IMG/VR virus record: IMGVR_UViG_2654587686_000023
DNA from: a virus
Taxonomy: Duplodnaviria; Heunggongvirae; Uroviricota; Caudoviricetes
Reading direction: 5' to 3' (one strand)
DNA: 30,377 nt
Below the pieces are notes generated by a model. The model was given only the letters and a program-made list of their open reading frames with translations, did not search any database and was not told where the DNA came from. Made by a program: the position numbers and the translations under genes. This document shows positions 1 through 7,908 of this stretch, one piece after another; position 1 is the first letter of the stretch; every line of letters begins with the position of its first letter.

Positions 1-1254
1 ATGCTGGAACAAATGGGCATTGCCGCGAAGCAAGCCTCGTATAAATTAGCGCAACTCTCCAGCCGCGAAAAAAATCGTGTGCTGGAAAAAATCGCCGATG
101 AACTGGAAGCACAAAGCGAAAGCATCCTCAACGCTAACGCACAGGATGTTGCAGACGCGCGTGCTAATGGCCTTAGCGAAGCGATGCTTGACCGTCTGGC
201 ACTGACGCCCGCACGGCTGACAGGCATTGCCGACGATGTGCGCCAGGTGTGCAATCTCGCCGATCCGGTGGGGCAGGTAATCGATGGCGGCGTACTGGAC
301 AGCGGCCTGCGTCTTGAGCGTCGTCGCGTACCGCTGGGAGTGATTGGCGTGATTTATGAAGCGCGCCCGAACGTGACGGTTGATGTTGCTTCCCTGTGCC
401 TGAAAACCGGTAACGCGGTGATCCTGCGCGGCGGCAAAGAAACCTGTCGCACTAACGCTGCAACGGTAGCGGTGATTCAGGACGCCCTGAAATCCTGCGG
501 CTTACCGGCGGGTGCCGTGCAGGCAATTGATAATCCTGACCGTGCGCTGGTCAGTGAAATGCTGCGTATGGATAAATACATCGACATGCTGATCCCGCGC
601 GGTGGGGCTGGTTTGCATAAACTGTGCCGCGAGCAGTCGACAATTCCGGTGATCACAGGCGGTATAGGCGTATGCCATATTTACGTTGATGAAAGCGCAG
701 AGATCGCTGAAGCCCTGAAAGTAATTGTCAACGCGAAAACTCAGCGTCCGAGCACGTGTAATACGGTAGAAACGTTGCTGGTGAATAAAAACATCGCCGA
801 TAGCTTCCTGCCCGCATTAAGCAAGCAAATGGCGGAAAGCAGCGTGACATTACACGCAGATGTAGCTGCGCTGGCGCAGTTGCAGGCAGGCCCCGCGAAG
901 GTGGTGGCTGTTAAAGCCGAAGAGTATGACGATGAGTTTCTGTCATTAGATTTGAACGTTAAAATCGTCAGCGATCTTGACGATGCCATCGCCCATATTC
1001 GTGAACACGGCACACAACACTCCGATGCGATCCTGACCCGCGATATGCGCAACGCCCAGCGTTTTGTTAACGAAGTGGATTCGTCCGCTGTTTACGTTAA
1101 CGCCTCTACGCGTTTTACCGATGGCGGCCAGTTTGGTCTGGGAGCGGAAGTGGCGGTAAGCACACAAAAACTTCACGCGCGTGGCCCGATGGGGCTGGAA
1201 GCACTGACCACTTACAAGTGGATCGGCATTGGTGATTACACCATTCGTGCGTAA
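1..1254 (+). CDS. proA: gamma-glutamyl phosphate reductase (glutamate-5-semialdehyde dehydrogenase), complete 417 aa
   Basis: Full-length ORF from the ORF track; sequence recognised as enterobacterial ProA ([16 protein letters not shown]... ending ...[11 protein letters not shown]). Recognition from memory, not a search. Confidence 0.95.
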   Translation: MLEQMGIAAKQASYKLAQLSSREKNRVLEKIADELEAQSESILNANAQDVADARANGLSEAMLDRLALTPARLTGIADDVRQVCNLADPVGQVIDGGVLDSGLRLERRRVPLGVIGVIYEARPNVTVDVASLCLKTGNAVILRGGKETCRTNAATVAVIQDALKSCGLPAGAVQAIDNPDRALVSEMLRMDKYIDMLIPRGGAGLHKLCREQSTIPVITGGIGVCHIYVDESAEIAEALKVIVNAKTQRPSTCNTVETLLVNKNIADSFLPALSKQMAESSVTLHADVAALAQLQAGPAKVVAVKAEEYDDEFLSLDLNVKIVSDLDDAIAHIREHGTQHSDAILTRDMRNAQRFVNEVDSSAVYVNASTRFTDGGQFGLGAEVAVSTQKLHARGPMGLEALTTYKWIGIGDYTIRA

Positions 1255-1368
1255 ATAAAACCGGGTGATGCAAAAGTAGCCATTTGATTCACAAGGCCAT
1301 TGACGCATCGCCCGGTTAGTTTTAACCTTGTCCACCGTGATTCACGTTCGTGAACATGTCCTTTCAGG

Positions 1369-1444
1369 GCCGATATAGCTCAGTTGGTAGAGCAGCGCAT
1401 TCGTAATGCGAAGGTCGTAGGTTCGACTCCTATTATCGGCACCA
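1369..1444 (+). tRNA. thrW: tRNA-Thr, anticodon CGT (thrW-type)
   Basis: 76-nt cloverleaf-compatible sequence GCCGATATAGCTCAGTTGGTAGAGCAGCGCATTCGTAATGCGAAGGTCGTAGGTTCGACTCCTATTATCGGCACCA with T-loop GGTTCGA, anticodon loop CATTCGTAATG and genomic CCA end; lies directly downstream of proA as in E. coli. Confidence 0.93.
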
Positions 1445-1446
1445 TT
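1428..1446. repeat. attL core: 19-bp 3' end of thrW (TCCTATTATCGGCACCATT), first copy of island direct repeat
   Basis: Identical 19-mer recurs at 22304-22322; the first copy is part of the tRNA gene with an integrase gene immediately downstream. Confidence 0.85.
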
Positions 1447-1461
1447 CAAACATCTCCCCAA

Positions 1462-1547
1462 GTCTACTAAAGTCTTTCAAAACCCCTTATAATCCGCGTA
1501 TTAAAGCCCCGTTCGTCTTTTGACGTCTACTAAAGTCCCTCAAAATC
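1462..1547. repeat. Two direct copies of a 23-bp motif GTCTACTAAAGTC(T/C)(T/C)TCAAAA(C/T)C (1462-1484, 1525-1547); candidate integrase arm-type/accessory sites
   Basis: Direct repeats seen in sequence between attL core and int start; function is inferred. Confidence 0.5.
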
Positions 1548-1556
1548 TACGGTCAG

Positions 1557-1580
1557 ATGGGGGTACTTATGGGGGTATTT
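1557..1580. repeat. ATGGGGGTACTTATGGGGGTATTTG, tandem GGGGGTA motifs (inverted copy GTACCCCC at ~1600-1608); candidate integrase arm-type sites
   Basis: Near-identical ATGGGGGTACTTTTGGGGGTATC occurs at 22220-22242, just inside the other island end. Confidence 0.55.
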
Positions 1581-1609
1581 GCTGTTCGGTTTAGTGGAGG
1601 TACCCCCAA

Positions 1610-2824
1610 GTGAAACTCAATGCCCGTCAAATAGACACAGCCAAGCCAAAAGAGAAGGCTTACAAGCTGACCGATGGTGGCGGTTTGTATCTCTTGGTAA
1701 AACCTAATGGAGGTAAATACTGGCGACTTAAATATCGTGTAGCTGGTAAAGAGAAGCTATTGGCACTAGGTGTGTATCCTGAGGTTACTCTAGCCGATGC
1801 TCGGGCAAAACGTGAAGATGCGAAAAGAGGTATCGCTGGTGGTATCGATCCGATGGAAGCGAAACGAGAGGAAAAGATTGCCCGGGAAACGCAGTTAAAC
1901 AACACCTTCAAAGATATTGCCCTTGAGTGGCACAGCAGCAAATTAAAAAAATGGTCTGATGGTTATGCTTCAGACATCCTCGAAGCCTTCAACAAAGATG
2001 TGTTCCCTTACATTGGCAAAAAACCCATCGCCGAAATCAAACCACTTGAACTTCTGAATGTGCTGCGTCGCATCGAGGGGCGCGGTGCTACAGAAAAAGC
2101 CAAAAAAGTGAGGCAACGGTGCGGGGAAGTTTTCCGCTATGCAATAGTCACTGGTCGCGCAGAGTATAACCCTGCACCAGACCTTACTAGCGCGATGCAA
2201 GGCCATGAATCTAATCATTACCCTTTCCTTACAGCCAAAGAATTACCTGATTTTTTCAAGGCATTGTCCAGTTACTCAGGAAGCGCATTGGTTGTTATGG
2301 CGGCTCGTCTACTGATTATCACCGGCTTGCGGACTGGCGAACTACGTGGCGCATTATGGGATGAAATTGATTTCAACAAGGCTATCTGGGAGATACCCGC
2401 TTCACGTATGAAAATGCGGCGGCCTCATATTGTGCCATTGTCTGAGCAGGCTCTTTCGCTTATTGGGAAGATTAGAGAAATAACAGGCAATTACCCTCTT
2501 ATGTTTCCCGGGCGCAATGATCCAAGGAAAACAATGAGCGAGGCCAGCATAAACCAAGTGTTTAAGCGCATTGGCTACGCTGGACGTGTAACTGGTCATG
2601 GGTTCCGGCACACTATGAGTACGATTTTGCATGAGCAGGGCTATAACACCGCGTGGATAGAAACGCAGCTCGCTCACGTTGATAAGAACTCAATTCGTGG
2701 CACATACAACCATGCGCAATATCTGGATGGAAGGCGGGAGATGCTTCAATGGTATGCCGACTATATGGATTCTCTCGAGCATGGCGGAAATGTGGTGCAT
2801 ATGGTGTTTGAAAAACACGCATGA
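1610..2824 (+). CDS. int: P4-family tyrosine integrase (GTG start)
   Basis: 404-aa ORF adjacent to the tRNA; N-terminal arm-binding-like region (KLTDGGGLYLLVKPNGGKYWRLKYR) and C-terminal catalytic region with HGFRHT and RGTYNHAQY motifs typical of P4-like integrases; GGAGG 9 nt upstream of GTG. Confidence 0.9.
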   Translation: MKLNARQIDTAKPKEKAYKLTDGGGLYLLVKPNGGKYWRLKYRVAGKEKLLALGVYPEVTLADARAKREDAKRGIAGGIDPMEAKREEKIARETQLNNTFKDIALEWHSSKLKKWSDGYASDILEAFNKDVFPYIGKKPIAEIKPLELLNVLRRIEGRGATEKAKKVRQRCGEVFRYAIVTGRAEYNPAPDLTSAMQGHESNHYPFLTAKELPDFFKALSSYSGSALVVMAARLLIITGLRTGELRGALWDEIDFNKAIWEIPASRMKMRRPHIVPLSEQALSLIGKIREITGNYPLMFPGRNDPRKTMSEASINQVFKRIGYAGRVTGHGFRHTMSTILHEQGYNTAWIETQLAHVDKNSIRGTYNHAQYLDGRREMLQWYADYMDSLEHGGNVVHMVFEKHA

Positions 2825-3215
2825 AACAACTGGACAAGTATACAGAGGTTTACTAAAGTATAGGGGAGTAGATTGATAAAAACTCACAGAGGATTGCTAT
2901 TTAACAGTTAGCCCTGGAGAAGGGCAATCGCTCTTTTATAAACGAAGGTGTATTGAGCCTTCTACGTCGCTGACAAAGCGGAATGTTCTTTAAAACTACT
3001 GGATGTCACGCCTAATAGCGTGATCCTGCCGAAATGCAGGGTAGCTCTACCCTTGTGGAGCAAACAAACCAAAACAATCTGACTATCTTTTATAAAAGAC
3101 CGCAATATGTTTTTCATATTGTGGTCTTTGGCGTATTCGACATTTGACGCAAATAAAACTCTCGCCATTCGTTGCAGGAGGGGGTTATTGCGTCATTAGT
3201 ACAGGATATTAATAA

Positions 3216-3419
3216 ATGGCTAATTACAATTCATTAATTCGTCTCTCTGAAGTTCAAAGGCGAACTGGTTATAGCAAAGCATGGATTTATCGTCTTATTA
3301 GTCAGGGGAGGTTCCCTAAACAGGTAAAAATTGGAAGTCGGGCAATTGCTTTTGTTGAGTCTGAAATAGATGAATGGATTGAGAAGTGTATATTAGAATC
3401 TAGAGACGAGGTGGCCTGA
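3216..3419 (+). CDS. alpA: AlpA-family phage transcriptional regulator (small HTH, excisionase-like)
   Basis: 67-aa ORF, sequence pattern LIRLSEVQRRTGYSKAWIYRLISQGRFPKQVKIG characteristic of the AlpA/prophage regulatory protein family; position right after int as usual in P4-like islands. Confidence 0.8.
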   Translation: MANYNSLIRLSEVQRRTGYSKAWIYRLISQGRFPKQVKIGSRAIAFVESEIDEWIEKCILESRDEVA

Positions 3420-3850
3420 TGGAAAAGAAAAACCGCCCATTACAGGCGGCTAATTCAGATATTCGTGTATCTGATGTTACGCCCCTTACAAAATCCCTTC
3501 AAGCACCAAAGCGTACACCGAAAAAGCATCGTGCCAGAGTCTATATGCTGCGTACTGGTATAGAGGGATGGACAGAAAATGACATTCTTCGCTACTGCCG
3601 TCTGTCTTCTGGTCGTAACTATGCAACAGAGTTAGAACGCCAGCTTGGAATCACTCTGGAGCGTATCGACGAAAAGAATCCTGATGGTATCGGAACACAC
3701 CTTCGCTACCGTTTCTCCTGCCGTGGTGATGTTCTGAAAGTGATCACTCATATTAACCATCTTGCGAACATAAATGATCACAACGGACTTTCTCAGCAGG
3801 AAATTGCCGACATTCTGAAACTCTACCCGGACGCGTTTAACGCCGCCTAA
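3419..3850 (+). CDS. hypothetical protein (143 aa), basic N-terminus
   Basis: ORF overlapping alpA stop (ATG within TGATGG), SD-like GAGGTGG upstream; no family recognised. Confidence 0.6.
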   Translation: MEKKNRPLQAANSDIRVSDVTPLTKSLQAPKRTPKKHRARVYMLRTGIEGWTENDILRYCRLSSGRNYATELERQLGITLERIDEKNPDGIGTHLRYRFSCRGDVLKVITHINHLANINDHNGLSQQEIADILKLYPDAFNAA

Positions 3851-3862
3851 CGGAGACTGAAA

Positions 3863-4696
3863 ATGAACATCGAAAAAAGCAGATTAATTTCTGAGGCTGC
3901 CCCTCATCTGAACGCCTCTCTGGGCACAATTAACGGTAATGAATTTGCCGCAATTGTCCCGGTTATTCCTGGTCATATCGGTGGGCGTGAAACCAATATT
4001 GTTAGCGCAAAAGCGTTACACAAAGCGTTGGGCGTGGGAAAAGACTTCTCTACATGGATCACTGATCGCATCTCTGAATATGACTTCACCATTGGGCACG
4101 ATTACTCAGTCCATAAAACAATTTCCCCAAATTTGGGGAAAAGCCCGAATGGCGCGGCTTACAGCAAGATTAAGCAGTCTGGCAGACCCGGCAAAGACTA
4201 TCTGTTAAGTGTCGGAATGGCGAAAGAACTGGCAATGATCGAACGCAATGATCAGGGTCGCGCTATCCGTCGTTATTTCATCCAGTGCGAGGAAGAATTA
4301 CAGCGTAGCGTGCCTGAAATCGCCGCCCGCTATCGTCGCCAGCTAAAAGCCCGTATTAGTGCCGCAAACAACTTTAAGCCAATGTGCGATGCGCTGAATA
4401 TGGCCCGTGCCGAGCAGGGGAAAACGACGCAGCAACACCACTACACAAACGAGAGCAATATGATTTCTCGTATCGTTCTTGGTGGGCTAACTGCTAAGCA
4501 GTGGGCGCGGATAAATGGCTATTCTGGCGAACCTCGCGACCATATGAACGCAGAACAGCTTGAGCACCTCTCATATCTCGAAAGCACCAATATCACGTTA
4601 ATTGATATGGGCATGGAATATGAGCAGCGCAAAGGAGAACTCACCCGCCTGTCGCAACGCTGGCTCGCCAAGCGTCTGGAGGCGGTCCATGTTTAA
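3863..4696 (+). CDS. phage antirepressor-like protein (AntA/KilAC-type domain)
   Basis: 277-aa ORF with GGAG SD; N-terminal and central regions resemble antirepressor/KilAC domain proteins of prophages; call from recalled family features. Confidence 0.65.
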   Translation: MNIEKSRLISEAAPHLNASLGTINGNEFAAIVPVIPGHIGGRETNIVSAKALHKALGVGKDFSTWITDRISEYDFTIGHDYSVHKTISPNLGKSPNGAAYSKIKQSGRPGKDYLLSVGMAKELAMIERNDQGRAIRRYFIQCEEELQRSVPEIAARYRRQLKARISAANNFKPMCDALNMARAEQGKTTQQHHYTNESNMISRIVLGGLTAKQWARINGYSGEPRDHMNAEQLEHLSYLESTNITLIDMGMEYEQRKGELTRLSQRWLAKRLEAVHV

Positions 4697-4871
4697 GCCG
4701 ACAGGAACACCACAACCCCAAAAACGCTACAAAGATGCCCACGGAGCACTCGTTACTGTCGAAAGCGTGTCTCACAACCGAGTGACGTTTTATCGCGACG
4801 GGTATCAATCGCCATGCGTACAACTGCTGGCGCGCTTCATGAAGGAGTTCGCGGAGGTTAACAAATGCTAA
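4689..4871 (+). CDS. small hypothetical protein (~60 aa), start overlapping upstream stop
   Basis: In-frame ATG at 4689 inside ORF 4602..4871, overlapping the stop of the antirepressor gene (translational coupling pattern). Confidence 0.4.
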   Translation: MFKPTGTPQPQKRYKDAHGALVTVESVSHNRVTFYRDGYQSPCVQLLARFMKEFAEVNKC

Positions 4872-5302
4872 CCGTCCAGAAGAAGATATTTTCACTGGCT
4901 GGTATGTCGCCAAAATCCAGCAATATGACAGCAAAGTCTGGCATTAATACAGCATATACAAGCAAAGTTTATCATTTTCTGGTGGTAGGAGCGGATGCCT
5001 TAACTATGTCAGAAATTACGGTCGATGGTGTTAGCGTTGAGAAGGTCGGCGGCTGCGCCAGAGAATTTCTGGTCGTAGATGGCTTTCTCTGCTCGCGTAG
5101 TGACTCCACAAAAACCTTCGTCCACACGCGCGACGTTAACGAAATGAGCGCGATGTATTGTGCATCTGGTGCTTCCAATAGTGAGTTTTCGGAGTCCATA
5201 AAAAAGAGCTTGCCGTTATGCGGCAACACGGTTTATGGTTATAAGGCACCTCATAAAACGGGTGCCGGGATTGGCGTCCTGAAAATTCTGAAGGCGACAT
5301 AT

Positions 5303-5324
5303 GACGCGCCGAGCGTCTTTTTTT
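5303..5324 (+). terminator. Rho-independent terminator (GACGC-GCCGA-GCGTC followed by T7)
   Basis: Perfect 5-bp stem with 5-nt loop followed by seven T residues. Confidence 0.6.
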
Positions 5325-5362
5325 ATGTCGTAGGTCTGACTCACCCATTTTTTGGGCGTTGG

Positions 5363-5370
5363 TGTATAAT
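5363..5370 (+). promoter_or_regulatory. Extended -10 promoter element TGTATAAT
   Basis: TGnTATAAT match ~160 nt upstream of the 5527 gene, just downstream of the terminator; the leader contains a UUCG-tetraloop hairpin (5408-5421) and an 8-bp stem hairpin (5463-5496). Confidence 0.45.
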
Positions 5371-5526
5371 CCAGCGCCTTTGTCAATCAATGGTGGCTCA
5401 GGCGGGGGCTTCTTCGGAAGCGCCGGTATCCTTCAGAGCCGGTTACGCCAACCCTGTCTGGGCTACCACCAGCGAAATTGGCGTTTCCGGTGGTAGCGTA
5501 ACCTGCTATCTGAAGGAGGCTGCCAC

Positions 5527-5721
5527 ATGCTGGCTACTACCCCTACCCAAAAACCGCAATTTATCTGGATTATCGCCGCAGTTCGCCGCGATTGCCCGAC
5601 AATTACCGCCAAAATTCATCATATTGCTGCCGAGTCTGAACGCGATGCTCGCCGTTCTCTGGTGCGCGATCACGTCTGCTTTTTTGCTGGTCGTATCCGC
5701 ATGGAGGTGGCACATGATTAA
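5527..5721 (+). CDS. small hypothetical protein (64 aa); possibly Icd-like small prophage protein
   Basis: ORF with strong SD (AAGGAGG) upstream; Icd-like assignment is only a weak recollection. Confidence 0.55.
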   Translation: MLATTPTQKPQFIWIIAAVRRDCPTITAKIHHIAAESERDARRSLVRDHVCFFAGRIRMEVAHD

Positions 5722-5932
5722 AACCTACGATGTGCATATGGATCCCCTCGAACGCACAAGCCAGATCATCACACTGACAGAAGTGATTAACGACATTCTG
5801 GTGAGCAACTCTCCCTCACGAGACGAAAGACTGAAGGCGTTACTCGCGATATTGGATCTCGCCGTTCGTGACGTTCATTTCCTGCTGGAAGGTGGCGAAA
5901 TGCCAGGAAAAACGGGGGCAACCAATGAATAA
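5714..5932 (+). CDS. small hypothetical protein (72 aa)
   Basis: ATG at 5714 preceded by GGAGGTGG; overlaps the previous gene by 8 nt; this is the credible 3' part of the long 4865..5932 track ORF. Confidence 0.55.
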   Translation: MIKTYDVHMDPLERTSQIITLTEVINDILVSNSPSRDERLKALLAILDLAVRDVHFLLEGGEMPGKTGATNE

Positions 5933-6119
5933 CTCAATTAATGCCCCTCGACTTACGTCCGCACTTCAATTAATCGAGCAAGCAGCGGCTGTCCTGGTTG
6001 CTGTCAGTCTTTCGGCTGAAGAAATGGACGCTGCTGATGTCGTGGATGCGATTAAAGCGTGCTCATCTTTGGTTAACGATGCCCGTGCAGAGCTGGTAAT
6101 TCTTGGGGGTGAAAAATGA
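5925..6119 (+). CDS. small hypothetical protein (64 aa)
   Basis: Internal ATG of ORF 5868..6119 overlapping the upstream stop; typical P4-like small-gene string. Confidence 0.5.
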   Translation: MNNSINAPRLTSALQLIEQAAAVLVAVSLSAEEMDAADVVDAIKACSSLVNDARAELVILGGEK

Positions 6120-6379
6120 ATATCAACTTAATTTATCGTCATCCGTGTGAGCTGGAAATTGAATCATTGCTGGGGCGTGAAGAGCCATATCCAGACACAT
6201 TCACTCCCGCAGATTGCGCGACTGAACGGCTTACCAGAGCGCGCACAGGTCTGGTTCATGTGATGAATGAGATTATTCCCTCGGTGGGAGGGGAACAGGC
6301 GACAGTAATCAATAGCTGGCTACAAAAAGTTACCTCCCTGATAGATATCAGTTTAATCGATGTGGAGAGTGCGAAATGA
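6116..6379 (+). CDS. hypothetical protein (87 aa)
   Basis: ORF with start overlapping upstream stop (ATGA), SD-like GGGGGTGA upstream. Confidence 0.55.
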   Translation: MNINLIYRHPCELEIESLLGREEPYPDTFTPADCATERLTRARTGLVHVMNEIIPSVGGEQATVINSWLQKVTSLIDISLIDVESAK

Positions 6380-6597
6380 CCAACATCCAGCTCATTGAAG
6401 CGCAATGTCGCATCGAACAGGTTCAGACTGTTTTAGGGTTCTGGCTTGAAGGGGCCAGCCCCAGCAACAGAGACAAGTTAATGATTGGCGCGGTTATGTC
6501 ACTGCTCAATGGCGTACCAGAAGCTATTCAGGAAGCAGACGAATTGTTGGGCAAATATGAGTTACAGAATCATTCAGGCGAGGCGAAACATGAATAA
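6376..6597 (+). CDS. hypothetical protein (73 aa)
   Basis: ORF with ATGA overlap to upstream gene and GGAGAG SD. Confidence 0.55.
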   Translation: MTNIQLIEAQCRIEQVQTVLGFWLEGASPSNRDKLMIGAVMSLLNGVPEAIQEADELLGKYELQNHSGEAKHE

Positions 6598-7192
6598 TTT
6601 CTTAACCTTCCATGCAGAAGCAACGCCTGACGGCGTAAACATCATGTACCGCAGCAACGATGGCATGACAGAACGCGTTGAGGCCGTTTCATATATTGAT
6701 GCCGTAAATCGTCTGGATGCCGGGGATTATGACGATAAACCAGATGAAGGTATGTCAATACATCTTGCTATTGCCGATGGCGGCAACCAGGGATATTTCG
6801 ATTACACATCACAGCATAACGTCATTATGTGGAGATGGCTGATCGCAACAGTATTCATGCTGGAAATGAGAGAGGAAAACGGCACTGTCAGCATCATTGA
6901 TGATACTGGCAATCCTTCCGAAGTGGCTGTTTATTCCAACGGCATCGTCGCCATGCCGCTGTATCCAGTAGCAGAGCGCCTCGCTATGGCAAACAACATT
7001 GAGGGCGCGATGATAGAACGTTTTGGCATCGAGTCTGGCACAGAACGCGCCATCATTTTCTACAGAGCCATGATGGATGTGGAACAAGGAGCACTGACTC
7101 CATTTGGTCGTGAAACGCTTGCTGAACTTCACAACAGCTTTATAGCTGAACTGAATGAAAACGGCATGCCAGCGGAACCAGTGACGCACTGA
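6590..7192 (+). CDS. hypothetical protein (200 aa)
   Basis: In-frame ATG at 6590 (MNNFLTFHAE...) overlapping the upstream stop; the longer 6485 start would overlap the previous gene extensively. Confidence 0.55.
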   Translation: MNNFLTFHAEATPDGVNIMYRSNDGMTERVEAVSYIDAVNRLDAGDYDDKPDEGMSIHLAIADGGNQGYFDYTSQHNVIMWRWLIATVFMLEMREENGTVSIIDDTGNPSEVAVYSNGIVAMPLYPVAERLAMANNIEGAMIERFGIESGTERAIIFYRAMMDVEQGALTPFGRETLAELHNSFIAELNENGMPAEPVTH

Positions 7193-7202
7193 GGATGGAG
7201 CC

Positions 7203-7544
7203 ATGATTACTAAAAATTTCCGACTGAATGCGCTGGCAAATAAGTATGCGTCGGCACTGTATAACCACATTACCTCCACCAGCGGCGGGGACTATTTCAT
7301 GGTTCATGCGGACGACAAGGCCGTACGTGTGGAAATCGTCAATGGAGTAAAAGGCGTTCGCAGCCTGATCGATAGCTACACACTGGCTGCCATGAAAGTG
7401 TTCTACCCGCAGTGGGAAACCGTGGGGATCGAGCTTCTTGATCGTTGCGTCACTAAGGACGGATTGACTGACGTCGGGCGTGAGATATGGCAAAGCATGG
7501 TTAATGACATGGGCGCAACTGTAGCGGGAGGTTCTCATGCGTGA
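7203..7544 (+). CDS. hypothetical protein (113 aa)
   Basis: ORF with GGAG SD upstream. Confidence 0.55.
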   Translation: MITKNFRLNALANKYASALYNHITSTSGGDYFMVHADDKAVRVEIVNGVKGVRSLIDSYTLAAMKVFYPQWETVGIELLDRCVTKDGLTDVGREIWQSMVNDMGATVAGGSHA

Positions 7545-7908
7545 AAATGCAGAAATGGCGCTTAGCTCCGCAATCGGAGAGCAGGTGGCAAAGATTGCTG
7601 GTGCTGTGTGGATTCATAACCTTCATTCTACTGGTGAAGAGAAAATGGCAATTCAGACGCCAGAGGGACGCACCATTACTACATCTCTGAAGCCGTCAGA
7701 TGTTTGTGATCTGATTTGCGCATTCATGTACCCAGCAATGAGGACTGTCCACGGCGATAAGTGGAAACTTGCGACAACCGCTGAATTTGATATGTGGCTA
7801 AACAATGATGGCATGCTGACTGATTACGGAATAACCAAGTGGCAGATGCTGGTTAGCCATATCGCAAACGCTATAGACCACGTGGGGTACGGTGATGCGA
7901 AACATTGA
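7537..7908 (+). CDS. hypothetical protein (123 aa)
   Basis: ORF with GGAGG SD, overlapping neighbours at both ends. Confidence 0.55.
   Translation: MRENAEMALSSAIGEQVAKIAGAVWIHNLHSTGEEKMAIQTPEGRTITTSLKPSDVCDLICAFMYPAMRTVHGDKWKLATTAEFDMWLNNDGMLTDYGITKWQMLVSHIANAIDHVGYGDAKH

Noticed and set aside
1261-1315. Imperfect inverted repeat CCGGGTGATGC...GCATCGCCCGG after proA as a terminator
   Set aside because: The loop is about 33 nt and there is no clean T-run; it may instead overlap the thrW promoter region. Not called.
741-1335. Antisense ORFs within and after proA (741..1052, 946..1335)
   Set aside because: Fully embedded in or overlapping the confidently identified proA gene on the opposite strand; typical spurious frames in GC-rich coding DNA.
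4865-5932. 355-aa ORF from the six-frame track
   Set aside because: It reads through a canonical intrinsic terminator, a promoter element and stable hairpins, and its only well-supported parts are short genes with their own SD sequences at 5527 (other frame) and 5714. Treated as a chance open frame fused to a real 72-aa gene.
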